Shown: piece after piece, positions 35,541 through 36,303 of the stretch
How the letters are laid out: every line of letters begins with the position of its first letter
Position numbering within the stretch: position 1 is the stretch's first letter
DNA from: a virus
Lineage: Duplodnaviria; Caudoviricetes
Strand: one strand, 5' to 3'
DNA: 36,303 nt
Virus record (IMG/VR): IMGVR_UViG_3300033076_000343
Span: 1-36,303 of that record
Position numbers and translations under genes: made by a program
The notes under the pieces: generated by a model
Database searches by the model: none
Told to the model about the DNA's origin: nothing
The model's input: only the letters and a program-made list of their open reading frames with translations

Positions 35541-36197
35541 ATGACCAACTCAGTATCGACGTTTTCTAACGCTGGCCTTCCTGCTGTCGCAAGCCTGAAA
35601 GACGCGCTTCGTTCCATGCAGGTCGATGTCGGCCCCGGCGGTGTTGCCATCCTCAAGATGGACAAGACCGGCCATTGGGTGTTCGGCTCTGACCAGACCG
35701 AAGTGCAGGACGGCTCAACGTGGGCCATCAACCCGTTCTCTTTCGTTCACGGCTTTATTGCTTGGGGCGACGGTGAAGTGCTCGGGGAAAAGATGGTGCC
35801 GGTGTCATCGCCGCTTCCAGAAATGGAAGTTGCCCCGCCAAACGCAAAGCGCGGTTGGGAAGTGCAGGTCGGTATGTCACTCAAGTGTCTTGATGGTGAA
35901 GACGAAGGTTTGGAATGCCGTTTCTCGACGACTTCGGTCGGCGGAAAACGCGCAGTCTCGGCACTCGCTGTTGCCATTGCAACGCAAGTTGACGTTGACC
36001 AGACAAAGCCTGTTGCTGTTGTGAAGCTCAAGAAGGAGCATTACCAACACAAATCTTACGGTCGCATTTTCACACCTGTGTTTGAGGTCGTGAAGTGGAT
36101 CGGCATGGATGGTGCAGCCGACGCGGCTGAACCTGAATTGCCGCTTGAACAAGAAGCTGCACCTGCTCCGACACGTCGTCGTCGTGCGGCAGTCTAA
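35541..36197 (+). CDS. Putative single-stranded DNA-binding protein
   Basis: GGAG RBS; follows the exonuclease; YQHKSYGRIFTPVFEVVKW and a flexible C-terminal tail. Confidence 0.6.
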   Translation: MTNSVSTFSNAGLPAVASLKDALRSMQVDVGPGGVAILKMDKTGHWVFGSDQTEVQDGSTWAINPFSFVHGFIAWGDGEVLGEKMVPVSSPLPEMEVAPPNAKRGWEVQVGMSLKCLDGEDEGLECRFSTTSVGGKRAVSALAVAIATQVDVDQTKPVAVVKLKKEHYQHKSYGRIFTPVFEVVKWIGMDGAADAAEPELPLEQEAAPAPTRRRRAAV

Positions 36198-36206
36198 GTA
36201 GGTAGC

Positions 36207-36298
36207 GTGGGCGGTTAAGCCAGCGTTCAAGGATGTTGCACACACGGTCTTTTCTGGCTTTCTGCCGTGTCTTGTTGAGCAACCAAATTGACGCCCAT
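36207..36298 (+). ncRNA. Candidate structured RNA with pseudoknot (family not assigned)
   Basis: Five compatible helices in 92 nt, including a 7-bp pseudoknot AAGCCAG/CTGGCTT. Confidence 0.6.
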
Positions 36299-36303
36299 CT
36301 CCT

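Noticed and set aside
1-36303. Prophage/temperate status, tRNA genes, DNA polymerase
   Set aside because: No integrase, repressor, att-like junction, host genes, cloverleaf or polymerase motifs seen; both ends are within phage sequence, so lifestyle cannot be decided.

Overview
This window is most of the genome of a tailed dsDNA phage with a P22-like, short-tailed morphogenesis module. The host may be an alphaproteobacterium (weak inference from gene content). Layout: (1) a primase-helicase running in from the left edge; (2) a leftward array of about 15 small hypothetical genes (2.3-6.7 kb) punctuated by structured RNA elements, including a complete type II hammerhead ribozyme; (3) a ~750 bp non-coding control region (6.7-7.45 kb) with divergent promoters, 12 exact TGACAAT repeats and IHF-like sites (origin and/or packaging site); (4) a rightward late operon: TerS, TerL, P22-type portal, Dps/ferritin-like protein, an ABAB array of four glycine-rich proteins, scaffold, P22-type coat, gp4/gp10-like proteins, tail fibres, ejection proteins, a stand-alone LPD23-type metallopeptidase, holin and M15 endolysin; (5) a replication module: SNF2 helicase, C5-methyltransferase-like protein, VRR-NUC, DUF2800/Cas4-like nuclease and SSB-like protein, ending in an unassigned pseudoknotted RNA candidate. 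I saw no integrase, repressor, DNA polymerase, tRNA or CRISPR array. All family calls come from motif recognition by eye, not database searches.
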